Position numbers and translations under genes: made by a program. Under the pieces are notes generated by a model. The model was not told the DNA's origin. It saw only the letters and a list, made by a program, of their open reading frames with translations, and did not search any database. 64,000 nucleotides of DNA, from positions 65,906,001 through 65,970,000 of the forward strand of contig NC_043001.1 of the NCBI RefSeq assembly GCF_006345805.1. Reading direction: 5' to 3'. This DNA is from Octopus sinensis. Lineage: Eukaryota. Shown here in pieces: positions 52,491 through 64,000 of the stretch. Position 1 is the stretch's first letter. Each line of letters opens with the position of its first letter.

Positions 52491-53530
52491 TTATAACTCA
52501 GTCTACATATATACCCACATGGGTGTGGGTGCATACCCACAATACAACATATACATATACATATGAGTGCATATACTCACACTCTTATACATATAAAAAT
52601 ATACATTTACATAATGATATAAATAAATAATATAAATTAGTAAACATATATATGTGTTCTACACTCAATGTCTCAGTTTTTCGACTTAATATTGTGATAA
52701 TAAACATACACAAATTAGTACTTAGATGCAAATTACATGGTCAATAGTACATTATATTACTTCATAATAATTTCTAAAGTGTCCTTAAAGTTAGCATCAT
52801 TATCGTTGTCAATACCATTAATGTTATCATTATTATCATTCATAATATTATTAATAACACTTACATTAGGATCCAGAGCGGTATATATGTATGTCCGGGT
52901 TCCAGTTAATAATTTTCCTTATGACATAAATACGCTATTGGATTTGAATTTAAAATCATCATTATCTTCCTCACGGTTGGTCAATTGAGAACCGCCCGAC
53001 CTCCACCACACCGCACAAGCAAAACATACACATCCACATCTAACCCTAAACTCACACATCCACACAGAAACTCACACACACATGTACACACACATGAATA
53101 CACCCCGACACATCTCTACACATTCAATAAGTTACAGAGTGCATGTCTGTCATCGCATGGCTTATAGACATATCAGTACAGGCAGCAGTTTCTAACACTA
53201 ACACACACACTCACACGCACATCCGCATATACGCATAAATATTAATACACTTTCCGATACTGTGTCAGGGAACTTTCGCACACACATATATATATATTTA
53301 AATATATATCTGCGCACTCATACGTATAAATAAAACCTATATTTATATCCACTCGTGAATGAATATTCGCATATACATATATACACATCCAAGTATTAGT
53401 AATTTGTGGTAAATCATTTTACCTTTGCCCATATAATACAGTAAATGAATTGATTGCATCGCAATCATTAACATTTATGTATTAACTTTGTTGGGTACTT
53501 CACTAGCATTTACACTCCCTATCTCAATTT

Positions 53531-53710
<180 letters not shown>

Positions 53711-53995
53711 CACGACTATGAGGATTTGCATCCCCAACGAAACCCGTATTTTTCCCAAACCTGCTATAATGTAATACATGTCTTTGGTGTGGTAATTGTG
53801 CGCGGATGAAGAAGGCTATTGACATACATGTTACATCAATTATGCATTGATATAAACTGTCCAATAAAGCCAGAAACATATGTACCGCTAAATCCTTTGC
53901 ATCCTGTTTTTCTTTTGATAAATATACCCTATCACCTACTACACTGGCATATACAGGGGCTTACAGTTATCAAGTATTCACCCTGAATTTTTGTA

Positions 53996-54059
<64 letters not shown>

Positions 54060-54249
54060 CATACATTTATATATATATTTAGGAGTGGATGTGTGGTAAG
54101 TAGCCTGCTTACCAACCACACGGTTCCGGGTTCATTCCCACTGCGCGACGCCTTGGGCAAGTGCCTTCTACTATAGCCTCGGGCCGACCAAAGCCTTGTG
54201 AGTGGATTTGGTAGACGGAAACTGAAAGAAGCTCGTCGTCTATATGTAT

Positions 54250-54710
54250 ACATGGAACTCTATGTTCAACAGATGTAACGGCTCAACACAGCTTTTCAAG
54301 AGAAAAGACCTAATCGGCAGCATGGAATTCTTCTGCTTCACGGCAACGCCCGCAATCATATCGCCAATATGACCAAAGAAGCCATTCAAACGCATGGCTG
54401 GAAAGTGCTGCCGCACCCACCGTACTCTCCTGATTTGGCACCAACGGATTTCCACCTCTTTCGATCTCTTTCAAATGCTATGCGCCTAGTTTCTTTTAAT
54501 ACTGATGCAGAATTGAGGGCTGGGTTGGGTCAATTTTTCGAGTAGAAGTCGAGTGATTTCTACCAACGAGGTATTGAAAATCTTGTTGAATGTTGGGAAG
54601 AAGTTGTAAACAAGGGTGAATACATTATTGTTTAATTAGTTGTTATTTTTTATTAAACCTTTTAAAAATTTAAATTTAAAAAATGAGCGGGAACTTAGTT
54701 GCCATCCCAA
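54250..54710 (+). mobile_element. Mariner 3' fragment with terminal inverted repeat
   Basis: LLHGNAR.H...W.VLPHPPYSPDLAPTDFHLFRSL...RGIENLVECWEEVVNKGEYI; ends gaacttagttgccatcccaa followed by TA. Confidence 0.85.
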
Positions 54711-55617
54711 TATAATAGCAGGCATGTACTAGCAGAGATATAGAGATATTGCAGTAGAAGTCGTGTGCAATGACATACATGAAGAGATGATACAGAAGAA
54801 TATACAATAGGGTATTGGTAGAAACACATATATGGAGAATTATATTCCCCAAGAATGTATTACAGAAGACATGAACTAAAAGAGATATAGAGAAATATAA
54901 AATTAGTTATAATCGGAAGCATATAATAACAAAACTGTTGGAAGATATTACATGAGAATACGTACTAGAAGGCCAATACTAGTGTTTCTGTAGAAGATAT
55001 AATGGTTTCCAATTTTGACACAACGACAGCAATTTAACATCTACCCTAGTACTTGAAGGGCACTAATTTATAAAAAGCAAAATCCTCCCCGGTGAAATGT
55101 AAACTCCAAAAGTAAAGCTAGAAGATATGGGGCTTATTTTGTTCGAGATACTAAATATTCTGCCAGCTCTCTGCCTAGATAATGATAAGTCTATCAGCTG
55201 TAGGTTCAACGTCTGATCCCTTTTTTTTTATTTAGGCGTGGGTTATTCGATTTCTCGAACTCTTAACTGATATTAATTTTATCGACTTCGGAACAATGAA
55301 AAGTCGACCTCGGTGGCTCATGGATATTGCTGAGGATTTTGTCCCACACGCTAACGATTCTGCTAGCTCGCCGCCTTATGTGCAAAAGGTATAATAGTAA
55401 ACATATATTAACAGATAAAATCGCAGGATTTATATAATATGTGTACCCATTGATGTAACTGTAGAAGACATAATAGTAGAATGCACTAACATATGAAACA
55501 GAAGATATAAAAGTATAAGATATGTTCTAACAAATATTACTGTAAGAATATATGTTGGAAGATATGTATTAACATATATTACAGTAGAATACTTATTAGA
55601 AAATGGATACTAACAAA

Positions 55618-56738
55618 TACTCTGAACCGCAAAAAAATCGCGTGACGTGTGTGACTGTGAAATATGTTTTACTTTATGTCAGAGATAGATTTTGATAAAG
55701 CGTCTATGCCCTTCCTGGGTGTTCAAAACGGCCGTACACCGTCGTTATATAGAGTGTATAAAGCGATTCACAAAAGCTATTGGCACCTGCGGTCACACCC
55801 TGAGGAAAGCTGCCTCCAGTTCCACACGAGTTGTCGGCCGTGGCACTCCCAGGTTCAGCCGTTTCTGGATTTCATCTCACACATGTTCAATTGGATTCAA
55901 ATCCGGGCTGAGAGTCGACCACGGCATGGTCCTGATGTTGTGCTGACGCAGAAAGTCCATGGTGATCCTGGCCATGTAGGATGGAGCATTGTTCCGCTAG
56001 AACACGTGGCTATCGTGACGCGCAAAGAAGGACACAATGTGAGGTCTTAGGATCTGGTCAACGTAGCACTGCTCTGTGATGCCATTACCTCTGCTTGCAC
56101 CAACATTTTGGAACACATGGGACCGAATTCTCTTATCCAGGCCTATAGCACCCCAAATCATGATGCTTTAGCCACCCCATGCTTCTCTCTTCATGATACA
56201 TGCGTCTCTGTATTTTAAACCTTCCTATGCCTCACCCTCACTCTATCATCCGAAATGGAAACACAATATCGGCTCTCGTCAGAGAAAACTATCGACCTCC
56301 ATTGTCGATGCTGCCAATGTCGGTACTGTGCAACCCACTGTAGTTGTGCCTGACGGTAAAGGGCAGTGAGTACAAGCCCTCGAGCAGGATGACGGCAACG
56401 CAGGTTGTTGGCGGGCAGTCGACGTCGTACCGTGTAGTCGCTGATGAGTTGTTGTTAAGTGCCAATGGTTTTCCGAGCTGTCACGCTGGCAGGTCTGAAG
56501 CGATCACGGAGATGTTGCAGGTGGATGAAGCGGTCCTGTCTGGGCGTGGTTACCCAGGGGCATTCTCTGCGGGCACGGTCCGCAGTGCTGTTGGTATTGT
56601 ATCGTTGTTGCAGGCGATAGATAGTGCTGACATGGACATTGTAAGATTTTGCAACAACCACAGCACGCAACCCTGCTTGCATTCGGCCGATAGCTTGTTC
56701 TCTCAGTGCTGCTGACAATCGGATCATACCTGATGTGT
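55618..56738 (-). mobile_element. Tc1 (DD34E) transposon, degraded, interrupted just upstream of its ATG
   Basis: MIRLSAALREQAIGRMQAG...VHVSTIYRL HTH, FSDES, NNAPSY, PWSTLSPDLNPIEHV; probable TIR ta-ctctgaaccgcaaaaaaat at ~55618. Confidence 0.88.
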
Positions 56739-56752
56739 CCAAATTACGAATT

Positions 56753-58497
56753 TATTCTTAACTAACCACACAGGGTTTAAATACAGAGGGGACAATACAA
56801 GGACAGACAAAGACACAAAGTGGAGGGGAAACACGAATGAAAAATTGATGAAATGTGAAGAAAGAAAGTGTGGAATGACAGCCACTCGACCCCACATCCC
56901 AAATGGGCTCATTGAACTCTTTTTTAATAAAAAATGTTTATAGTTTGAGTCGCTTTTTCTCTTTTCTTAAAACACTTTTTTTAATTAAAAAAGGAAAGAA
57001 AACAGTCAACGCATGAATCCAGTTTGTTCAACACAACGTAGTCAATGACTGGAGGTAGCGAATTGATAACTACTTCCACATCCAAAGGTTCAACGTCCGA
57101 CTCACACGTCTCTCTCAACGCACGGTCGTTTTCCCCATCGATGAGTACACATCTCATATGTGGGCGTGTTCACTCTTATTAGTGTCTTCATATCTTTCAT
57201 CTTTTTTTCTATAAATACAAACGTCGTTTATGGAGGACGGGAGGGGGAGTTTGATTGCCTTGTATGTATGTTTGTATATTTGTAGGGACAGACAAAGACA
57301 CAAAGTGGAGGGGAAACACTAACCGGTGGGGTAAGACGAGAGCTGGTGTCTGCAGAGGTAGGTTGGGATAGAGGGGAGTAGAGTGAGGGAATGGTGAGGA
57401 GGTGTGGGCTAGTAATAGCAGAGTGAATCTTCCTCATTTTCCTCTGTCTCTTGGAAACCGACGTCACGTGTCTTCTTTTCCTCTGCATTTGTCGTTGCAG
57501 GCGGCAGATGGGATCACTGGTGCTTTTTTACGGGAAGTGAAGGGCATTCTGCTCTTATGTGGCCCTTCTGGCCACACTTAAAAAACCGAGGCCTCCTGCC
57601 TTCCACCAGAACCCTCATCCTTCCCCCCCCCACCAAAATGGTGTCTGTGATGCTATCTAGATCCTCCAAAGTCGCCTGGATAATCATTTCCAGTCTCTGG
57701 CCCAGTCAGTTCTGAGTATGTATTCTTGTTGCTTGGAGGATTGATATTATTTCTTCCAAGCCTAACGTTATGCCTGCCACCATCCAGGCAACGTCCACCT
57801 TCGGTGGTATTTCCTCCACCCTTACCTTTGAAGCACGTCTTCCAAAGTAAGTTAGTAGTAATATTATCTCGTCTGTCATCAGAGCGACGCCGGAGTATTG
57901 TGTGGCCCTTTCCTCTGCGTGAAAACGTACCTCAACTGTCGCATAATTGTTGCCCCTGGCCAAGTACTTGATTTCCAGTCAGATAGGTCCCAAGCACTTT
58001 TCAGTTTGATTCCTCTTTACCCCGTCGATTTTTTTCGCTTTTATCGAATATGACTCGTACGTCACCATTTTCGCCAGTACATCTTGTGACACTTCACTAA
58101 GAGGGATTAGTTCAACTTCTTCAACCCCACTTCTTCATCATGATTTTATACCTTTTCACATCCTGCACCTTTAACGCAATATCCTCTTCACAGTGCCTGT
58201 AGCAGTCGCAAAATCTTATTTCGTTTTTCTCTCCACTTCCATCTCCTCCATATTAATTATAGACTCCACCATTTCACTTTTTGACTAATCAGAAAGACTC
58301 AACGTATCATAACTGAAATCCATTTTCACCAACAAGCGTTTCCCCACCTCAGATAAGAAGATAACGATAACAGGACTACCACAATGCAGTAAAACAATAG
58401 TGTATTAACAACACACACAATAACAATATTCAACAACTGTAATATAACATGCAAACGAGCGACACTGGTCGCAAATATCGACACTAACTCTTGGCGC
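56753..58497 (-). mobile_element. ORF1-only (HAL1-like) retroelement A with a 14-bp TSD
   Basis: ccaaattacgaatt at 56739-56752 and 58498-58511. Degraded ORF1 (DFATATG, YFGRRASKVRVEEIPP, VEGRRPRFFKCGQKGHIRAECP zinc knuckle). No RT or endonuclease seen. Confidence 0.75.
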
Positions 58498-58511
58498 CCA
58501 AATTACGAATT

Positions 58512-59990
58512 AATTTTATTCTGGACATAGTGGGGACAGCACAAAGACAGACAAACATAAAAGTTGAAAAAATTAAAAAAACGAATGAAAACGATAAAAA
58601 GTAATTAAATGAGAAGGTGGAATGACTGCCGCTCGAACACCGCACTCCGACCTCATTGAACCTTATTACAAACAATTACATTAATTAAGGTTCTTTTTTT
58701 AAAAAAATCTGTAAACTTACAGATTTTGATCCACTGCACAGTCGATTTCTATCGCCTGCTCATCAATGATCGACGCATACTCCTTTCTTAGTTCTTTAAG
58801 ATGCACTTTACTAATAACTACGCCAGTCGCGTTATCAAAGTAGTCATCAACATCGCACACCTTCATGCCCTTGTCCATTTTGTCAACCCCCTCCGCCAAC
58901 TGTTTAATCGACTTACAGAATATTTCAATATATCTATTTTCATGGGGTGGGGCTGTGTTGGGACTTCGGTTCATGTCTGCTGGTGGTTCAGGGCGGCGGC
59001 TGGTGCATGTGGGAGAAGGGTGGGGAGGAGAGAGGCAGGATGGGTTGCAAACGGTTGAGGATCTTCGTCACTGACATGTTGTCTCTACCTTCTTTTATAT
59101 GTTCCGGCAGTCCATTCTTTCACTGCTTTCACATGGATCAATTTGTATTTCCATCGCCTTTGGTGCCATACTGGATGAAGTACAGTTTCCACTGGTTGAG
59201 CTACTAGAATCTTTGCAAGGGATGGAGGCCACTCGGCTCTTATGTGGCTCATCGGGCCGCACTTAAAACACCAGGGCTTCCTGCCCTCCACCATAAATCT
59301 TAACTTTTTTCACCCATCACAATGGTGTCCACTATCGTGTCCAAGTCTCTAGAGCAGCCTGGATGACCATTTCCAGGCCCTGCCTCATCCAGTTCTGAGC
59401 TGGTACTCTCGCATCCTGGAGGATTGTTACTTTCTCCTCCAGGGCCCAATACTATGGCTGCCATCAGCCAGGTAACATCCATTTCTAGTGGTATCTCCTC
59501 CACCCTCACCCTGGAAGCCCGTCTTCCAAGGTAAGAAGGTAGGAGGATTATATTCTCTGTTGCTAATGAAGCCACGGACTGTTGCCTGGCCTTCTCTTCG
59601 GTGAGAAACCTCCCTTCCAATGTTGCAAATTCGGTCCCCATGGCAAGGCATGCTATATCCGACCAGATGGGAGCCCACATACTTTGCGATTTCTCTTCTT
59701 TCAGCTACATTGATGGTCTTTTCCTTTCTGTTAAAACTTTTGAGTGTTACCGTTTTCCTGGTTACACTCTGAACCACTTTACCCGGAGGGGACAATCTTA
59801 TTTCCTGCCCCTCCCTATACAACATGCTTTCATATTTCTTTAATTCGTTCGTTATCACTTCCAAAATTTTCCTCTATAGCCTGCCGCAGCCGCAAAACTC
59901 TGCTTTTCACACACTGCGCTCTCTGATGAATCCATGTCGGAAGAATCTATCTCCTCGAGACTGGACTTCGTGATAATTATCAAACGTTTC
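58512..59990 (-). mobile_element. ORF1-only retroelement B, divergent paralog of A, head-to-tail with A
   Basis: MDSSESAVCEKQSFAAAAG start at 59935, SYLGRRASRVRVEEIPL, VEGRKPWCFKCGPMSHIRAEW. 3' region homologous to A (gtggaatgac.gcc.ctcga, ctcattgaac). Confidence 0.72.
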
Positions 59991-60273
59991 TATCCCTCAA
60001 GCAAGGGGAAACAACGACGACAATTAATTCCACTCGCGTGGGAGAAACAAGGTGTTTCAAAACAGAACAAATTTAATAAACTCCAAAATCTGAGACAAGC
60101 AATTAAGCTTACCAACCTTGAAACACCACGTCCGAATTCATATAACTGGAGTGAACAGATATTCATATGTAAAACAACATTTGAAGACAATGATTAAGAA
60201 AGGAATAACTGTCATTCCGTCTGGATCAATTACAAAGAGTCAATGATGGTGAACAGTGTATATATATCACTTG

Positions 60274-60428
60274 CAGGGCCGTCCTAGCAGCATTATAAGT
60301 CCCTAGGCAAATCCATGCGCTAGGCCCTATAGTATTTATTTATTGAGAGCAATCCACAGCATACATAGATCAGACCCGTAAGGACCCCGGACAACTGTCC
60401 AGTGCATCCATGCTTTAAGACGCCACTG
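60274..60428. mobile_element. 155 bp hAT-type MITE
   Basis: Imperfect TIRs cagggccgtcct / aagacgccactg; 8-bp flanks atcacttg / atcatttc (6 of 8 match). Confidence 0.6.
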
Positions 60429-60589
60429 ATCATTTCTGGCAGGCGTGTGTTTTAGGAGTTATGAAAACTAGAACTTTTAATTGGAATATGACAGTTATAT
60501 ATAAATCACTACGGAGGTAGCCTAAGCACAGATCTAATTGACTTTAATTTCACCCCACTTCTGCGTAGTTACTTCGTCAAGGGTTATCT

Positions 60590-61070
60590 TTTATCTTTTA
60601 ATTGTTTCAGTCATTAGACTGTGGCCATACTGGGGCATCGCCTTGAAGAACTTTTAGTCGAATGAATCGACCCCAGTACTTGTTTTCTTAAACCTAGTAC
60701 TTAGTGTTTTGATCGCTTTTGCTGAACTGCTAAGTTGCGGGGATGTAAACGCACTAACACCGGTTGTCAAGTGGTTGTTAGCGACAAACATACATATACA
60801 CATGTATATATATACGTATATTATATATACATACATAGAAACATTATACATACATACAGTATATACACACACACATACACACACATATGTATCTACTACG
60901 AGCTTCGGGGCTTCTTTCAATTTCTGTGTACCTAATTCACTCATAAGGTTTTGGTCGGTCGAGGCTATAGTAAAAGGCACTTGCGTGAGGTGCCACGCAG
61001 TGGAACTGAAACTGGAACCATGTAGTTGAGAAGCAAGCTTCTTACCACACAGGTACACCTGCATCTAAAT
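60590..61070 (-). mobile_element. SINE family B copy
   Basis: Reverse complement of 15901-16305 with an internal microsatellite. Confidence 0.8.
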
Positions 61071-61229
61071 TCCCTAAACTGTTCATTATCGATCGGACAT
61101 TCATCAGGAACTACAAGGACGGAATCAGACTGTGTTCAGAGAAATATAATCAGAAAATATTTCCCGTTTGTAACTCCGACACAGACAGAGCGATTAAGGT
61201 ATCCTCAAACTATAAGATGGAGTTAACGA

Positions 61230-62230
61230 ACAACTGTTACATATGCTTCACAACTTTAGTAGAAAAACTGACAAGATTTTAATGAAAGCAAAATGCACTA
61301 AGTCATTATTTCCCAGAAGAAAAATACTAATATCAAGTAATATCAAGTTAAATAATGAAACAAACTTGACAGACTAAGTCAAATGGAGAGGCACAAGAAA
61401 TTTACATAATGCAGACCCATAGAGACTTACAAATATTTAGATATTAATGGACTAGACAGAACTCGTACAAACAGGAAGGAAAATTAAAGATGTATTAGAC
61501 GAATAGTTAAGAACATATATATATATATATATATATATGGGGGGGGTACAAACACACATATATATATACATATGTATGTATGTATATATGTATGTATATT
61601 TACACACGCACACACACACACATACACGCACACGCGAGTACCCTTGCTGTTTCAGCAACAAGTTACAGTTATATTCTCAACTGGAAACTAAGTGATTTAG
61701 TAATATTAGATACAAAAACTAGGGAAATAATGACAGACTTTAGAGTGCACCACCCAAAAACTGACACAGAAATATTATATTTACCTCAAACACAGCGAAG
61801 TAGGAGTCATCTACAATTATAAAACTATTACAAAATATCTACTATAGCACTAAAAAAATATTTAGTAAAGAATGACGGAAAACCAGTACAATAGCCACAA
61901 TACATGAACAAAATAATAAAATTATTTTCTGTCTTTAGGGAGACCAACAGCTTTGAAAATAGAAACTGAGATAGCATACAGATGTGAGAAGGATGAGGAA
62001 ACATTGAGAGAAAATATTTAAAAAGGAAAAAAAAAAAACTGAAACCTGAATTAAAGACTGGATTACAAAATGTTATGTTCTGATATTCGGTGATGAAACC
62101 CATACATGACTAACACCAGACAAGATAGTCAATAAGGAAATGGAAAAATAAACTACAAACTTAGAGCGAGAAGATTTTGATCGCAGCACAAAGTTCTGAT
62201 CATAAACTATCAAAAATCATATTCACTGAA
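61230..62230 (+). mobile_element. Old R4/Dong-like fragment split by a microsatellite
   Basis: LDTKTREIMTDFRVHHPKTDTEILYLP aligns with LDRKIRKLLTMHRMHHPKADIERLYLP of the 32-34 kb copy; YKYL and IAAQ motifs also present. Confidence 0.7.
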
Positions 62231-62675
62231 AAAATATGTTATTCCTTTCTCGGGGACCCTCAGTGCAATGTGATCCCTTCTATCTTTGGGTATATCATAA
62301 TTCTGCTAAATATACAACCCTGCTAAATATAGATTTTATTTTAGGCAGAATCTATAGTATACCTTGTATGTACAGTTGGATGTGTACATTTGGGGTATAT
62401 ACGCCAGTGTCACTTTGATGGCATGCACTGCTCTCTCACTCAATAATAATAATAATAGCAATAATCCTTTCTATTATAAGCACAAGGCTTGAAATTTTGG
62501 GAAGGGGACTAGTCGATTACATTGACACCAGTACACAACTGGTACTTATTTTATCCGCCCCGAATTGATGAAGGGTAAGTAGACCTCGGTGAAATTTGAA
62601 CTCGGAACGTAAAGGCGGACGAAATACCGCTAAGCATTTTACCCGGCCCGGTAAAGATTCTACCAGCTCACCGTC

Positions 62676-62729
<54 letters not shown>

Positions 62730-63139
62730 TCTTGTGGGGGCTTTTTGGTTGTGCTTTGTTGCTTAGGTTGTTGTTGTTTTGGGACGTTGTTTACTTGATG
62801 TCTGGTGTGTGGAAGTCATTGATGTTGGTGAGTTATTTATTTTGTTTGCTGCTGTTCTTGTTGTGGCTGCTGCTGTTTCTGTGCTGCTGAAATTGGTGTT
62901 ACTGCTACTGTTTCTGTTATTTTTACTGCTCTAGTGGCCACCTGTAAGTGTTAATAACAATCCTTTCTACTTTGACTAGTACTTAATTTATCGACCACGA
63001 AATGATGGAAGACAAAGTCAACCTCAGCGGAATTTGAACTCAGAACGTAGCGACAGGTGAAATATCGTTAAGCACTTTGTCCATCGTGCCAACGATTCCG
63101 CCAGCTCGCTGTCTTCTAAGAATAACTGTAATAATAATT

Positions 63140-64000
63140 TCTTTGTTAACCTCTAAGGGCTAACAATCAAATCGAGTATGGTATGCGGAATACAATATAA
63201 TATGATGTGATGCGGGTTACATGAAAGTGTGTGAAGAGTATAACAACAAAAACAAAGATTCAAAAATTCAAACAAGAAACTTTCTCGAGGGATGCTCGTA
63301 GAAGCCCCATAAACTACCACTACGGCTAGTGCACTCTCCTCATCCACCTCCCCCAGTCTTTAGGTGCATGCTTAGAATTCATTCAGATCATTTCTGTCAC
63401 ATTCACTTACCTTTCAACAAATTTACCGGAAGGTAGCAGTTCACTCTACACCCTCACTCTCCTTTCAAAGGAACTTGTAAACGTTGATGAGTGGTTAGCC
63501 AAAAATGAAGGTATCTCTTTTAACTCTTTCACCATAAAACCTCTCTCGCCAAAGCCACCAGACAATAAACACTGCTTGTCCAACTCGACCGAAGGAAGGC
63601 GGTGGGACGATCTTCACAATGGACTCGTCCGATAACCGGGATCCTTCCTACACATGATAGCAGGTGTTCGACATAAACCCAGAAGTTAACAACGTTGGGG
63701 CGCTTGATGAGTGTGTACAAAACAGTTTCGTCGTTCTGTACGCATCTCAATAAATTCCGGTTGACGGCAAATCCAAACCTTCAGAGTTTATCTCGAACCG
63801 CCAATGTCTCTCAGTAGTGCTGAAAGGCCAGAGATTACTGGAAATTATTAATGGGCCCCGGTTTGAGGGTTTTCCGCCACAGAGGGGCCAGTTGATTGTG
63901 ATCTAGCGTCTTCCTGAGAACTTTGTTACTCTTGACTACCACTAAACCTCTAGAGCACGTCAAAATGGAACTTCCACCGACATCATTTCCCTGCCTCGCT
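63140..64000 (-). mobile_element. Tx1/L1-clade LINE ORF2 3' end with tail; runs off the window
   Basis: VRDKL.RFG...LRCVQNDETVLYTL...VVNFW..VEHLL (zf-RVT-like), LVALAREVLW, FVER(W)VNV; tail ttagcccttagaggttaacaaagaaat. Confidence 0.65.

Noticed and set aside
53712-53975. Unique-looking island between (TA)n tracts as an exon
   Set aside because: No recognisable protein motif or convincing splice context.
54715-55615. Cryptic tandem repeat with recurring agaagatat
   Set aside because: The period is irregular and the identity too low to define a unit by eye.

Overview
AT-rich eukaryotic DNA saturated with (TA)n, (CA)n, (TATG)n and (TAA/ATC)n microsatellites and transposon remnants. The tRNA-like SINEs and microsatellite density suggest an octopus or other coleoid cephalopod genome (inference). 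No host protein-coding exon or RNA gene could be supported; almost all ORF-track entries are microsatellite translations or TE pieces. Recognisable contents: a full-length mariner, a second mariner fragment, a Tc1 element, a probable Chapaev3-type transposon, a non-autonomous Helitron, Penelope-like elements (PLEs), a cluster of R4/Dong-type REL-endonuclease LINEs in a trinucleotide array, CR1, RTE and Tx1-like fragments, and many SINEs. Three observations stand out. (1) About ten hammerhead-ribozyme-like motifs sit in PLE ends and in short (TA)n-anchored, often fold-back elements. (2) A 1.75 kb ORF1-only retroelement is flanked by a 14-bp TSD and shares its 3' tail with a SINE and, more weakly, with a Tx1-like LINE fragment. 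(3) A ~556 bp non-coding element repeatedly occupies (TAA)n sites alongside the R4/Dong LINEs. All folds and alignments were done by eye; TE boundaries without TIRs or TSDs are approximate.
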